Shown: positions 19,221 through 28,132 of the stretch, piece after piece
Position numbering within the stretch: the stretch's first letter is position 1
Layout of the letters: each line of letters begins with the position of its first letter
Assembly: GCA_964658255.1 (NCBI GenBank)
Contig: CAZZYO010000006.1
Location: 407 to 64,406, forward strand
From: Candidatus Babeliales bacterium
Lineage (GTDB): Bacteria > Acidobacteriota > Terriglobia > Terriglobales > Acidobacteriaceae
DNA: 64,000 nt
Reading direction: 5' to 3'
Program-made: the position numbers and the translations under genes
Notes under the pieces: model-generated
The model's database searches: none
What the model saw: only the letters and a program-made list of their open reading frames with translations
What the model was told of the DNA's origin: nothing

Positions 19221-20581
19221 TGATAGAGAGAAAGAAAATGCCTGCGGTACTCCGCCTCGCGCATGGGCAGGCGCTGGCGCATGGCCTCTACAGGGAGCGC
19301 TCCGTGCTGAAAGCGCCGCTTTTCAAACACTTTCATCTGCAGCCCTGTGACTGCTTGTACGCCGGCTGAGACGATCTCACCCTTGAGCTGGTAGAGCCGC
19401 TCTACACTGTACTGCGTCAGCTCGATGAAGGGTATCGCTTCGGCAACAGCAATCATGCTGGGCCGGGTAAACGGGCTAAAGCCGCGGAAACCGAGCCGAT
19501 GCGCTGGTGCGTAGGTGCGGGTGTAGGAGCGACTAAGCCCGCCGCTATAAGTGAGCGAGTGCTTGATCTTCCCGACGCCCCAGCCTTCCTGGTAGAGCAT
19601 CTGATTGTGGATGACGCTGCGAATGGTAAGTTCGGGATTCTCCTCGATAGGATAATCCTTCAGGTTCTCGTCGCCGCCATCGCCATCGAGCAGGTATTGC
19701 CAATCAGGATAGCGCTCGCGGATCCCTGTGCAGAGTGCAAGCGCCATGCTGGCCGACTCTATATCCAGCGACTTGTAGTCTTCGACCAGCTCAATTGTCT
19801 TGCACGGATCAAGCGTGGCAGGATCTGCCTCAATGACTTCAAGGAACAATTGAAGGTTGAGGTCAGGGCCGGCAAAATGCAAAAATGCACGCGCCTGGTC
19901 CAAGTCAGGGCCATTGCCCAGGTCAAGCACAAACGCCTTAAGCCGGCCCAGGTGCATACCACGCTGCTGCATGATGAAGTAAGTGGCGAGCAAGACGCTT
20001 CCGCTGTCGACTCCACCAGAAAAGCACACGCCTATTGGTTCGTGCTCCGGAACACGCTCAAGCCATCGGCCGACCTCGTCAACCAGCGCTCCTACATACT
20101 GCGCTCCTATCACTTCGATATCAGGCGGCAGCGTAGCCATGTGTGGATCAAAGAATCGCGTGTACTTCGGGTCAGGATCCGGACAGCCGACTAACTGGAT
20201 CTCGGTGACGTAATGTGCCGGGACCATGCGGGTATAGCTTGGATGAAACTGGTTTGCCAGTCCTTCCGCTGTCAGCCAGGCGAAAATCTGGTCGATCCGC
20301 GGCGCTACGACCAGGATGGGTCCGTCACGATGCTTGGCGAGAAAGTAGCGGAGCGGCCGGTCAAGCGAGCGGGCCATGCGCACCGTTCTACCATCGCGCG
20401 CGACGAGCGCGAACGAGCCTTCGATTCCTCGGATCGCGGCGACGGAGCCTTCACGCAAAAGCGCCTTGGCTTCTGACTCGGAAAGGCTGTAAAGCTGGTT
20501 TTCAGAGGGCTCGGTCAGGTCAACCAGTCGTTCAATGTAGTGATCCAAGGTAACCTCGGCAGGCGTGTGTCCTGCGCCCAT
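19217..20581 (-). CDS. asparagine synthetase-like PP-loop ATP pyrophosphatase lacking the N-terminal Cys nucleophile
   Basis: SGGVDS PP-loop (VCFSGGVDSGSV). AsnB-like remnant GSFALVARDG. The N-terminus MGAGHT has no Cys2. Confidence 0.75.
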   Translation of the reverse strand: MGAGHTPAEVTLDHYIERLVDLTEPSENQLYSLSESEAKALLREGSVAAIRGIEGSFALVARDGRTVRMARSLDRPLRYFLAKHRDGPILVVAPRIDQIFAWLTAEGLANQFHPSYTRMVPAHYVTEIQLVGCPDPDPKYTRFFDPHMATLPPDIEVIGAQYVGALVDEVGRWLERVPEHEPIGVCFSGGVDSGSVLLATYFIMQQRGMHLGRLKAFVLDLGNGPDLDQARAFLHFAGPDLNLQLFLEVIEADPATLDPCKTIELVEDYKSLDIESASMALALCTGIRERYPDWQYLLDGDGGDENLKDYPIEENPELTIRSVIHNQMLYQEGWGVGKIKHSLTYSGGLSRSYTRTYAPAHRLGFRGFSPFTRPSMIAVAEAIPFIELTQYSVERLYQLKGEIVSAGVQAVTGLQMKVFEKRRFQHGALPVEAMRQRLPMREAEYRRHFLSLYQ

Positions 20582-20729
20582 CTTACAGGCTTGTGCAGGC
20601 TCGCGCAGGGCCAGTCAAGGCGAGCCGAACGCACAGGCAAAGTGCCTTGTTTACAACACGCAACGGGCCCGTAACGAAAGGCGCGGCATGCCGCTGGCGG
20701 CCTATAATGGGGGCGAAGGTAAGTCTCAC

Positions 20730-23700
20730 ATGAAACGAAACGACGGTCCTGTCGGAATGAGCGACGACGCTGGTTCGCCTCGCCAGTCAAGTTCCTCGCG
20801 CTGGATGCAGGCAGGGCGCGCGCGCTTCGCCAAGGCAGCAGGGTTCGCTTTTGCTGCCTGCCTGCCCATCACGCTTTTGGCGGCGCCCGATGCCGGCAGC
20901 AAGGCGCAGGCTGTGGCTCGCGCGAACAATATCGGCGTGGCTTACATGAATCAGCAGTTCAATGACAAGGCCCTGCACAGTTTTGAAGAGGCGGCCCATG
21001 CAGACCCGTCTTCTGTAGTGCCGCTTGTCAATGAAGGCATCGCCTACTTGTACCTGCGCAAGCTTACCGAAGCAGAAGACCTGCTGAAGCGGGCGACTGC
21101 GCTGGACGCAAACAATGTCCGTGCCTGGTACGCGCTGGGGCTTGCACATTTTAGTGACGGCGACCAGGATGGCGCGCTGGCTGACTTCAAGCAGGCTCTC
21201 ACGCTCGACGCACGCGACGCCGATATTCATTACTTTCTCGGGGCTATTTACCTCGGGCAGAAAAACTATGAGCAGGCGGTCTCCGAGTTCCACGAATCGT
21301 TAAAGATCGCTCCGCTGCATGCCTCGGCTCATTTCGGACTCGCGCGTGCCTTGCAGCGCCAAGGCAAGGTGGACGCCTCGCGTGAGGAGTTGAAGCGTTT
21401 CCAGGAGATTACCCAATCGAAAATTGGTACGCTCATCAGCGCTTCCTATGGCGAGCAGGGGCACTATGCAACGGTGGCTGACATGCTTGCACCAGCAAAA
21501 GCAGTCGACGAGATGATCCCGGTGCACTTTGTCCCCAGCGTTCAAGCGCCTGCGGTCGCGACTCGCCCTCTTGCCTCAAGCGGCGGCACCTGCATCCTCG
21601 ACCTTGAAGGCGACGGCAGCAAGGATGTAGTGGTGATGACGCGCGGCGAAGGCCTGCGCGGCTACCATATTGCGAGTGATGGCTCTACCGAGATTGTTCC
21701 TGGTGAGACCACTGGCCTCATCCTCAAGGGAGACGGAGTCTCCTGCGCGGTAGGAGACTATGACAACGACAAGCTGCCCGACCTTGCTGTTGCACTTACA
21801 GACCGAGTTGTTCTTTTTCATAACCTCGGCCATGGACACTTTGCTGATGTTACAGCCGCAGTTGGCATCTCCCCCATTAACCATCCCGCCGGCATGACCT
21901 TTGTCGACTTCGACCACGACGGCGACCTCGACCTGTTTATCGCCGGGGCTCCTGGTGCAAACGGTGGGCCAAGCGTTCTATGGCGTAACAACGGCAACGC
22001 GACTTTCACCGAGTGGACCAAGCCTACAGGATTAGCCGGTACCGGCTCCACAGAAGGCGCGGTGCTGTCAGACATCAACAATGATCGTGCCGTGGACCTG
22101 GTTGTTGCAGGGGCTGCGGGCTCTCCGCAGCTCTACGAGAATCAGCGCGAAGGTGCCTTTAAGCAGCTGCCGCTCTACACGGATTCCGCGCTTCCACCGA
22201 CCCGCGCGCTTGCTGTCTCAGACTTCAACAAGGATGGGTGGATGGATGTGGCAGTCACCCATTCAGGTGCTCCCGGGCTTACCGTGTGGCGCAACGTTGA
22301 CGGCAAATCGTACGAGCGCGTCCCGGTTGAGATGCCTGGTGTTACCGGCGCCTGGGGCGTAACACCCGTTGATTTTGACAATGATGGGTGGATCGACCTG
22401 GCAGTCATAGTTGAGACAGCAAGTGGAACACAGTTGCGGGTGCTTCGTAATCTCGGACCCTCGGGTTTCAAGGATGTGAGTGCTCTGGTAGGCGCGGGGA
22501 AGCTGGAGGTCCGCGATGCACGGTCTGTGATTGCCTTGGATGCGAACCATGACGGTGCGCCGGATCTGCTCATCACGCGCCAGGATGCGGCGCCGCTTGT
22601 GTTTACCAGTGCCGGCGGTGAGCGTCATCACTCGATCCGTCTTGACCTGACCGGTCTTGCCGATAACAAGAGCGGCATCGGGACCAAGGTGGAAGTTTTC
22701 TCTGATGGCAACTGGCAGAAATTTGAAGTACCAGGCAGCTCCGGTTACATGAGCCAAGGCTCAACCGAAATACTTGCCGGTATTGGTACAAGCGACCATG
22801 CAGATATCGTTCGGCTGCTGTGGCCGACAGGCGTACCGCAGGACGAGCTAGACATGGCTTCGAACAAGCCTGCAGCGCTTACCGAGCTTGATCGACGGGG
22901 TAGCTCGTGTCCCGTTCTTTTTGCCTGGGACGGCAGTAAGTACACCTTTATCTCCGATGTCATCGGCGCCGGTGTTGTCGGGCATTGGATTTCGCCGGTC
23001 GCGCGAAATACATCCGATCCCGATGAGTGGACCAAGATTGATGGCGCAAGCATCCGGGCGCGCAATGGGAACCTGAGCGTGCGGTTCGGCGAACCGATGG
23101 AAGAGATCAACTATATCGATCAGTTACGCATGATCGCCGTCGATCATCCAGTTGGCACCGAGGTCTACCCGGACGAGCGTTTCCTCAATGAGCCGCCGTT
23201 TGCCTCGGGCAAACCTGTGCTGGCCTCTGCTGCGGCGCACCTGCCTGTACGTGCGTGGGACGATCAAGGCCATGACGCTCTACCCTTACTTGCAAAGCGC
23301 GATCACCAATACCTGCGCGACTTTACCAACCTGACGTATGCAGGCTTCGCGAATCAGCACACACTCACGCTTGATCTCGGGGACTGGTCGCCGCGCAATC
23401 CACTTAGGCTTTTCCTAACCGGCTATGTGGAGTACTTCAGCGCGAGCTCGATGTACGCTGCATGGCAGGCCGGGCTCGAACCGCAATCGCCTACCGTCGA
23501 AGCTCAGCTTGCCGATGGAAGCTGGAAGCGCATTGTGGACGATATGGGATTTCCGGCAGGGCTTCCGCGGACCATGGTATTGGATCTTACGGGCAAGATG
23601 CCTGTCGGCGCTCGGCGTATACGCATGCAGACGAACCTGCAGATCTACTGGGATCAGGCGCTGGTTGACAATGCTCCGGACACTCACGAATCTATACGCG

Positions 23701-24248
23701 AGACTGAACTTCCGCTCACCTCCGCGCACCTGGCTTTTCGCGGCTACCCCAGGCAAGTGGAAGGCGCGACGCCAGGCGACCTGACCTACGATTACCAGAG
23801 CATCAGCGCAACCGGGCCTTTCCAATGGCAGCGTGGAAGTTATACAAGGTACGGTGATGTTACCTCGCTCCTTACCGGGCGAGACAACCGTGATGTTATC
23901 TTTGGCAGCGGCGAAGATATCGATGCGGAGTTTAGTGACAGCGCATTGCCAAAGCTGCCGTCCGGCTGGAAGCGCGATTACTTCTTCTACGCCAACGGCT
24001 TCGTGAAAGACATGGATTTCTACGAGGCGCTGCCCTTCACAGTCGCGGAGATGCCCTTCCACGGGATGTCAGGTTACCCGTACTCAGACCGCGAGCATTT
24101 TCCCGATGACGCCGACTCTCTGGCTTACCGGCTGAACTGGAACGACCGCATGGAGACAGGAGAACGCAGGCAGCGCTTCCAGTTCGATTACCAGCCTGCA
24201 CGCTCTGAGCCGATGAGCTCCGCGCCCGCCTCTGCAGGAGCGAACTAG
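20730..24248 (+). CDS. TPR + FG-GAP/VCBS + ASPIC/UnbV protein with long C-terminal extension (long paralog 2)
   Basis: Same architecture as 8499-12098, with the C-terminal module starting CPVLFAWDG. I moved the start to the ATG at 20730, because the track start at 20565 overlaps the divergent AsnB-like gene. Confidence 0.8.
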   Translation: MKRNDGPVGMSDDAGSPRQSSSSRWMQAGRARFAKAAGFAFAACLPITLLAAPDAGSKAQAVARANNIGVAYMNQQFNDKALHSFEEAAHADPSSVVPLVNEGIAYLYLRKLTEAEDLLKRATALDANNVRAWYALGLAHFSDGDQDGALADFKQALTLDARDADIHYFLGAIYLGQKNYEQAVSEFHESLKIAPLHASAHFGLARALQRQGKVDASREELKRFQEITQSKIGTLISASYGEQGHYATVADMLAPAKAVDEMIPVHFVPSVQAPAVATRPLASSGGTCILDLEGDGSKDVVVMTRGEGLRGYHIASDGSTEIVPGETTGLILKGDGVSCAVGDYDNDKLPDLAVALTDRVVLFHNLGHGHFADVTAAVGISPINHPAGMTFVDFDHDGDLDLFIAGAPGANGGPSVLWRNNGNATFTEWTKPTGLAGTGSTEGAVLSDINNDRAVDLVVAGAAGSPQLYENQREGAFKQLPLYTDSALPPTRALAVSDFNKDGWMDVAVTHSGAPGLTVWRNVDGKSYERVPVEMPGVTGAWGVTPVDFDNDGWIDLAVIVETASGTQLRVLRNLGPSGFKDVSALVGAGKLEVRDARSVIALDANHDGAPDLLITRQDAAPLVFTSAGGERHHSIRLDLTGLADNKSGIGTKVEVFSDGNWQKFEVPGSSGYMSQGSTEILAGIGTSDHADIVRLLWPTGVPQDELDMASNKPAALTELDRRGSSCPVLFAWDGSKYTFISDVIGAGVVGHWISPVARNTSDPDEWTKIDGASIRARNGNLSVRFGEPMEEINYIDQLRMIAVDHPVGTEVYPDERFLNEPPFASGKPVLASAAAHLPVRAWDDQGHDALPLLAKRDHQYLRDFTNLTYAGFANQHTLTLDLGDWSPRNPLRLFLTGYVEYFSASSMYAAWQAGLEPQSPTVEAQLADGSWKRIVDDMGFPAGLPRTMVLDLTGKMPVGARRIRMQTNLQIYWDQALVDNAPDTHESIRETELPLTSAHLAFRGYPRQVEGATPGDLTYDYQSISATGPFQWQRGSYTRYGDVTSLLTGRDNRDVIFGSGEDIDAEFSDSALPKLPSGWKRDYFFYANGFVKDMDFYEALPFTVAEMPFHGMSGYPYSDREHFPDDADSLAYRLNWNDRMETGERRQRFQFDYQPARSEPMSSAPASAGAN

Positions 24249-24267
24249 ACAGCACGCGATCGCGTAC

Positions 24268-25323
24268 TTAATGCGCGATCGCCATCCCGGGCTCATACTT
24301 CCACGGGGTTTCACCCGCCGCGCCATCGGCAAAGCGCGTGTCGACATACTCGCTGAACTCGATTTTGCGATCGAGTACACCGGACTGCATCATCAGGTCT
24401 CGCACAAGGTCGAAGTCAGCCTTGCGTGGCGCAAGCGGAGTGTACATCACCCGATCAAGCGGCTTGGTGAGCGCCCAGCGCAGCAGGCCAGGTCGCTGGT
24501 GGTAGTAGTAGCGGCCAACAAAATCGGCCGCGTCGTCGCGGTGCGGTTTTCCCTGCTGTAGCCAAAGTCCTGAGCGGGCAATGCCATCTACCAAAGCCTG
24601 CACTACTTCCGGGCGCTGATCAATCAAGTCCTGTCGCACGACAAGGATGCAGGACATGTAGTCGGGCCAGTATTCGCGAGCCTGGAAGAGTACCCGGCCA
24701 AAACCACCCAACTCTGCTTGCGACGGAAAAGGTTCGCCCATGGAAAAGGCGTCGATCGCTTTCGCGGCAAGCGCGCCTGCAACATCCGGCGGCGCCATCT
24801 CTACCATCTTCACGTCGCCCTGCTGCATGCCTGCTTTGTTGATCGCGCGTAGCACAAGCAGGCGCTCATCAGAGAAACGACTGGGGATAGCGATGGTGCG
24901 TCCACGCAAATCTGCAACCGTCTTTACTGGTCCATTTTTCGCGACAACCACCGCGCTGCCGTATCGATGGCCCAGGTAGACGACCTTGATTGGAACACCC
25001 TGTGCCTTGAGCGCGATCGCCATAGGCGCAACGATGAATGCAGCCTGCACCCGATTCGAGATCAGGGCCTCCTTGATCTCTGGAAACCCCTGGAACATGC
25101 GTGGGAGGAAAAGTTCACCGTTGTCAGAAAACTTTGCGATGTAATCCGTTACCGGACAGGCAAGCTGGCAGGTGACCGGCAGATAGGCGACGTTGATCTT
25201 GCGTTCTTTTGGCGGCCGATAGTCGTTGAGCAGCGCAGCCCAGTTCACATTAAGCCATGCGTGGGCGCCGTTTATGATGACGAGCCATGCTCCTACCACC
25301 AAGAAAAACTTTCTAAAACTCAC
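24268..25323 (-). CDS. ABC transporter substrate-binding protein, NitT/TauT (NMT1/NrtA-like) family
   Basis: INVAYLPVTCQLACPV is an NrtA/SsuA-like motif. The probable GTG start at 25323 gives a signal-anchor MSFRKFFLVVGAWLVIINGAHA. It is the last gene of the ABC operon. Confidence 0.7.
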   Translation of the reverse strand: MSFRKFFLVVGAWLVIINGAHAWLNVNWAALLNDYRPPKERKINVAYLPVTCQLACPVTDYIAKFSDNGELFLPRMFQGFPEIKEALISNRVQAAFIVAPMAIALKAQGVPIKVVYLGHRYGSAVVVAKNGPVKTVADLRGRTIAIPSRFSDERLLVLRAINKAGMQQGDVKMVEMAPPDVAGALAAKAIDAFSMGEPFPSQAELGGFGRVLFQAREYWPDYMSCILVVRQDLIDQRPEVVQALVDGIARSGLWLQQGKPHRDDAADFVGRYYYHQRPGLLRWALTKPLDRVMYTPLAPRKADFDLVRDLMMQSGVLDRKIEFSEYVDTRFADGAAGETPWKYEPGMAIAH

Positions 25324-26095
25324 GACGAAACCCCCACTGCACAGAACCAAGCTTTTCCAGCCTGCGAAAGAGCATGTCAAGCGCAAGGCCGATGCCGCCG
25401 ATCAGCAGCATCGCTGCAACCACCAGGTCGTAGCGTTTACCCGCGTTGCGAGAGTCGATGACCAGATATCCCAACCCGGAGTTGACCGCAATCATCTCCG
25501 CCGCAACAACCACGAGCCACGCGATGCCGAAAGCGATGCGCAGGCCCACCAGTATTTGCGGCAGTGAAGCAGGGAGGATCACGCGGCGAAGCAGGTCAAA
25601 GGAGGACAGGCCAAAGTTGCGCGCTGCGTCGCGAAAAGTATCCGGCACCCGCGCTACACCGTTGGCGCACGCGACGACGATCGGGAAGAAGGCGCCAAGG
25701 AAAATCAGAAAAATCGCGGGCGCGTCACCAATACCGAAGAGCAGGATCGCAACTGGGATCCATGCGATGGGGCTGATAGGCCGGAGTAGTTCGAGAGCAG
25801 GATTGACGACCTGCGCAAGAACGGGATACCAGCCAAGCGTCAGCCCAAGCGGCATGCCAACCAGCACCGCAAGACCGAAGCCTATCGCGACCCGTCTGAG
25901 CGAAGCTAGCGTGTAACTCAAAAGGAGGCCTTTGTGCTGTAAGTCAACAAAGCCGCGAGCTACGCTGCCGGGGGCGGGAAAGACCTTTGTGCCCGACCAG
26001 ATCACAGCGAAGTGCCACACCGCGACAAAGGCGGCAAACGCCAGCAGTGGCCAGACCACGCGCTCTCCTCGCCGCAGGGTAGCTTGCCCGCTCAT
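25313..26095 (-). CDS. ABC transporter permease (NitT/TauT family)
   Basis: BPD_transp_1-type permease, paralogous to 26884-27663. Shared motifs include ISPIAWIPVAILLFGIGD and IAWLVVVAAEMIAVNSGLGYL. Confidence 0.85.
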   Translation of the reverse strand: MSGQATLRRGERVVWPLLAFAAFVAVWHFAVIWSGTKVFPAPGSVARGFVDLQHKGLLLSYTLASLRRVAIGFGLAVLVGMPLGLTLGWYPVLAQVVNPALELLRPISPIAWIPVAILLFGIGDAPAIFLIFLGAFFPIVVACANGVARVPDTFRDAARNFGLSSFDLLRRVILPASLPQILVGLRIAFGIAWLVVVAAEMIAVNSGLGYLVIDSRNAGKRYDLVVAAMLLIGGIGLALDMLFRRLEKLGSVQWGFRREF

Positions 26096-26880
26096 ACCTG
26101 CTCCGCAAGGCCCAGCACACGTGCGACCTCCGCACGAAGTTGTATATAGGCCGTTGATAGAACGTCGCGAGGATGCATGAGCTGGATGGGCAGGATCGCT
26201 TTAACGCCCGCCGGGCGCTCGCTCAACACGACGACACGGTCGGCAAGCTGCACGGCCTCGTCGATATCATGCGTGACCAGGATAATGGTTTTGTGCTCCG
26301 CGTCCCAGATGCGTAGCAGTTCCTTGCGCATGGTGAGCCGCGTGATTGAATCAAGCGCGCTAAATGGCTCGTCGAGGAAGAGCATGTCCGGATTTACAGC
26401 AAGTGCGCGCGCGACCTCGAGTCGCTGCTTCATGCCGCCCGAGAGTGCGGAAGGGTAACTGTGCTCAAAGCCTGTAAGCCCCACCATGCGGATATAGTGT
26501 GCTACACGTTCTTCGCGCACGGCACGCGGCAGCTTGCTGAGGCCGAATGCTACGTTGCCCGAGACGGTGAGCCAAGGGAAGACTCCGCGCTCCTGGAAGA
26601 CGAAGATCCGCCTGGGATCCGGGCCACGCACAGCCTCGCCATCGATCGAGACCAGTCCGGCATGTGGCGTGAGGAAACCCGCGATGACATGCAACAAGGT
26701 CGACTTGCCGCAGCCTGACGGCCCGAGAATACAAAGGAGCTCGCCCGGAGCGATGGACAGGTCAAGGCTATCGAGCACGGGCAAGCGCTCGCCGTTGCGA
26801 TCAAAAGAGACACGAACACCTTCAAGGCTAACCTTGGGAGTTACTTTGATGAGTGGCTTGATTAACTCTGTGCTAGTCAT
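26092..26880 (-). CDS. ABC transporter ATP-binding protein
   Basis: Walker A GPSGCGKST, signature LSGGMKQR, Walker B LFLDEPFSALD. Confidence 0.9.
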   Translation of the reverse strand: MTSTELIKPLIKVTPKVSLEGVRVSFDRNGERLPVLDSLDLSIAPGELLCILGPSGCGKSTLLHVIAGFLTPHAGLVSIDGEAVRGPDPRRIFVFQERGVFPWLTVSGNVAFGLSKLPRAVREERVAHYIRMVGLTGFEHSYPSALSGGMKQRLEVARALAVNPDMLFLDEPFSALDSITRLTMRKELLRIWDAEHKTIILVTHDIDEAVQLADRVVVLSERPAGVKAILPIQLMHPRDVLSTAYIQLRAEVARVLGLAEQV

Positions 26881-26883
26881 CCA

Positions 26884-27663
26884 TTACTCCTCTGCATAGC
26901 CCCAGCGCACGGACCGCAGCTGCTCAAGCGAACGCATGGCAACATCGAGCAGCAAGCCGATTACCCCGATGACAACCATGCCGGCTACCACCAGGTCATA
27001 GCGATTGCCCGCGTTGCGCGCGTCGACGATCAGGAATCCCAGGCCCGAGTTGACCGCGATCATCTCCGCCGCGACCACGACCAGCCACGCTACGCCGAGC
27101 GTGATCCGCATGCCTACCAGCAGCTGCGGGACAACCGCCGGGTACAGAACCTTCAGTAGCAGTTGATAGGTGCCAAGCCCAAAATTGCGACCTGCATCAA
27201 TGTAAATCGAAGGAACGCTGCGCACTGCGGTCATGGCCGTAAGCAGGAGTGGAAAGAAGCAGCCCATGAAGATAAGAAAAATCGAAGATAAGTCGCCTAC
27301 ACCAAACCAGAGAATAGCAAGAGGGATCCATGCCAGGGGCGAGATCGGCCGGAAGACTTGTGCAAGAGGATTGACCGCGAGCTCGCCACGCCGGAACCAG
27401 CCCGCTCCAAGTCCGAGCGGGATAGCTACCGCAGCCGCCAGCAGAAATCCCCAAGTAACACGGAAGAGTGAAGCGACCACGTATTTCAGCAGAAGGCCCG
27501 CACGTAGCAACTCCCACAGCGCCGAGATAACCTGCACGGGCGTAGGAAGCAGGTGCGCGGGCTGCCGCGCAACCACGACTTGCCAAAGCAGCAGCAGAGC
27601 AGCAATGAAAACGACCGGGCGCAGTCGCACAGTCCACGGCATGCGCTCGGTCGTTTGCTTCAA
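26884..27663 (-). CDS. ABC transporter permease (NitT/TauT family), second copy
   Basis: Paralog of 25313-26095. TTG start preceded by GGGGAGG. Confidence 0.85.
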   Translation of the reverse strand: MKQTTERMPWTVRLRPVVFIAALLLLWQVVVARQPAHLLPTPVQVISALWELLRAGLLLKYVVASLFRVTWGFLLAAAVAIPLGLGAGWFRRGELAVNPLAQVFRPISPLAWIPLAILWFGVGDLSSIFLIFMGCFFPLLLTAMTAVRSVPSIYIDAGRNFGLGTYQLLLKVLYPAVVPQLLVGMRITLGVAWLVVVAAEMIAVNSGLGFLIVDARNAGNRYDLVVAGMVVIGVIGLLLDVAMRSLEQLRSVRWGYAEE

Positions 27664-27699
27664 TGCTTCCGGCCTCCCCAGCTGCCGATTAATAAGGAG

Positions 27700-27873
27700 C
27701 TACTTGCGAACAGCAGCCAGGATTTGCTTCTGATTCTCGAGGATCTCGTCCAGCGCATCCTGATTTTTCTTGATCTGCTCCTGGTTTTCGACAATCGTCT
27801 TTTGGTTCGCGAGGATCGTTTTCTGGTTGCTAAGGATCTGCTTCTGATTATCGACAATGTCGTTCTCAGCCAT
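27700..27873 (-). CDS. 57-aa heptad-repeat (coiled-coil-like) small protein, not in the ORF track
   Basis: My own translation of the minus strand: MAENDIVDNQKQILSNQKTILANQKTIVENQEQIKKNQDALDEILENQKQILAAVRK. ATG preceded by GGGAGAGAGAA. Third-codon positions in this frame are G/C-rich, whereas the competing frames end mostly in A. It lies 36 nt upstream of the first ABC permease. Confidence 0.5.
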   Translation of the reverse strand: MAENDIVDNQKQILSNQKTILANQKTIVENQEQIKKNQDALDEILENQKQILAAVRK

Positions 27874-28132
27874 TTCTCTCTCCCTAGTAGCTAGCTATAG
27901 CCCATTGCCCACGTTCGGCAGCGAAGCTCGCTTTGCTGCGTGGCCATCATACCAAGTGCATGCAGAGGCCATATCCATCGGAAGGTGGAAACCCACGCCC
28001 GCCTGCAGCTGGAAGGGCAACTTCCAACCTCAAGTGGACGCGGCCCCTGGCTGCCCTGTCGCGGCCCTCGACAGGGCACCACCCCACTTTGCCGTCACCT
28101 TGTAGGGGCACGCGCCAGCTACGATAGAAGGT

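Noticed and set aside
20565-20729. N-terminal extension of the long FG-GAP/ASPIC ORF. The same type of extension occurs at 30529-30768 for ligA, 3797-3862 for the glycoside hydrolase, 56219-56356 for the VOC protein and 43120-43209 for the TonB receptor.
   Set aside because: The extensions overlap divergent genes or promoter regions, contain repeat-element sequence in the ligA case, and precede internal ATGs that yield canonical N-termini or signal peptides.
27553-27894. Track ORFs 27660-27857 (minus strand, 65 aa, Arg/Ser-rich) and 27553-27894 (plus strand, 113 aa, Leu/Asp-rich), both crossing the 21-bp repeat region.
   Set aside because: These frames stay open only because of the repeat periodicity. 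The Arg/Ser frame uses mostly A-ending codons, which is atypical for this genome, starts at TTG without an SD, and runs into the permease start. The plus-strand ORF is antisense with no SD. The 57-aa ATG/SD frame is preferred.
27874-28132. Possible cobalamin riboswitch in the divergent region between the small heptad ORF/ABC operon and the FmdE gene. The plus strand has GGAAGGTGGAAACCCACGCCCGCCTGCAG, which resembles the GGGAA..GGTG..AA..CC..CCCGC.ACTG core. The minus strand has AGCCAGGGGCC, which resembles the B12 box. Strong hairpins lie at 27919-27940 and 28053-28078.
   Set aside because: The core-like motif and the B12-box-like motif are on opposite strands. Neither orientation gives the full architecture in the available space, and the ACTGT and GCCACTG elements are missing. 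The region looks structured, but I cannot support a riboswitch class without running cmscan (RF00174, RF01689).
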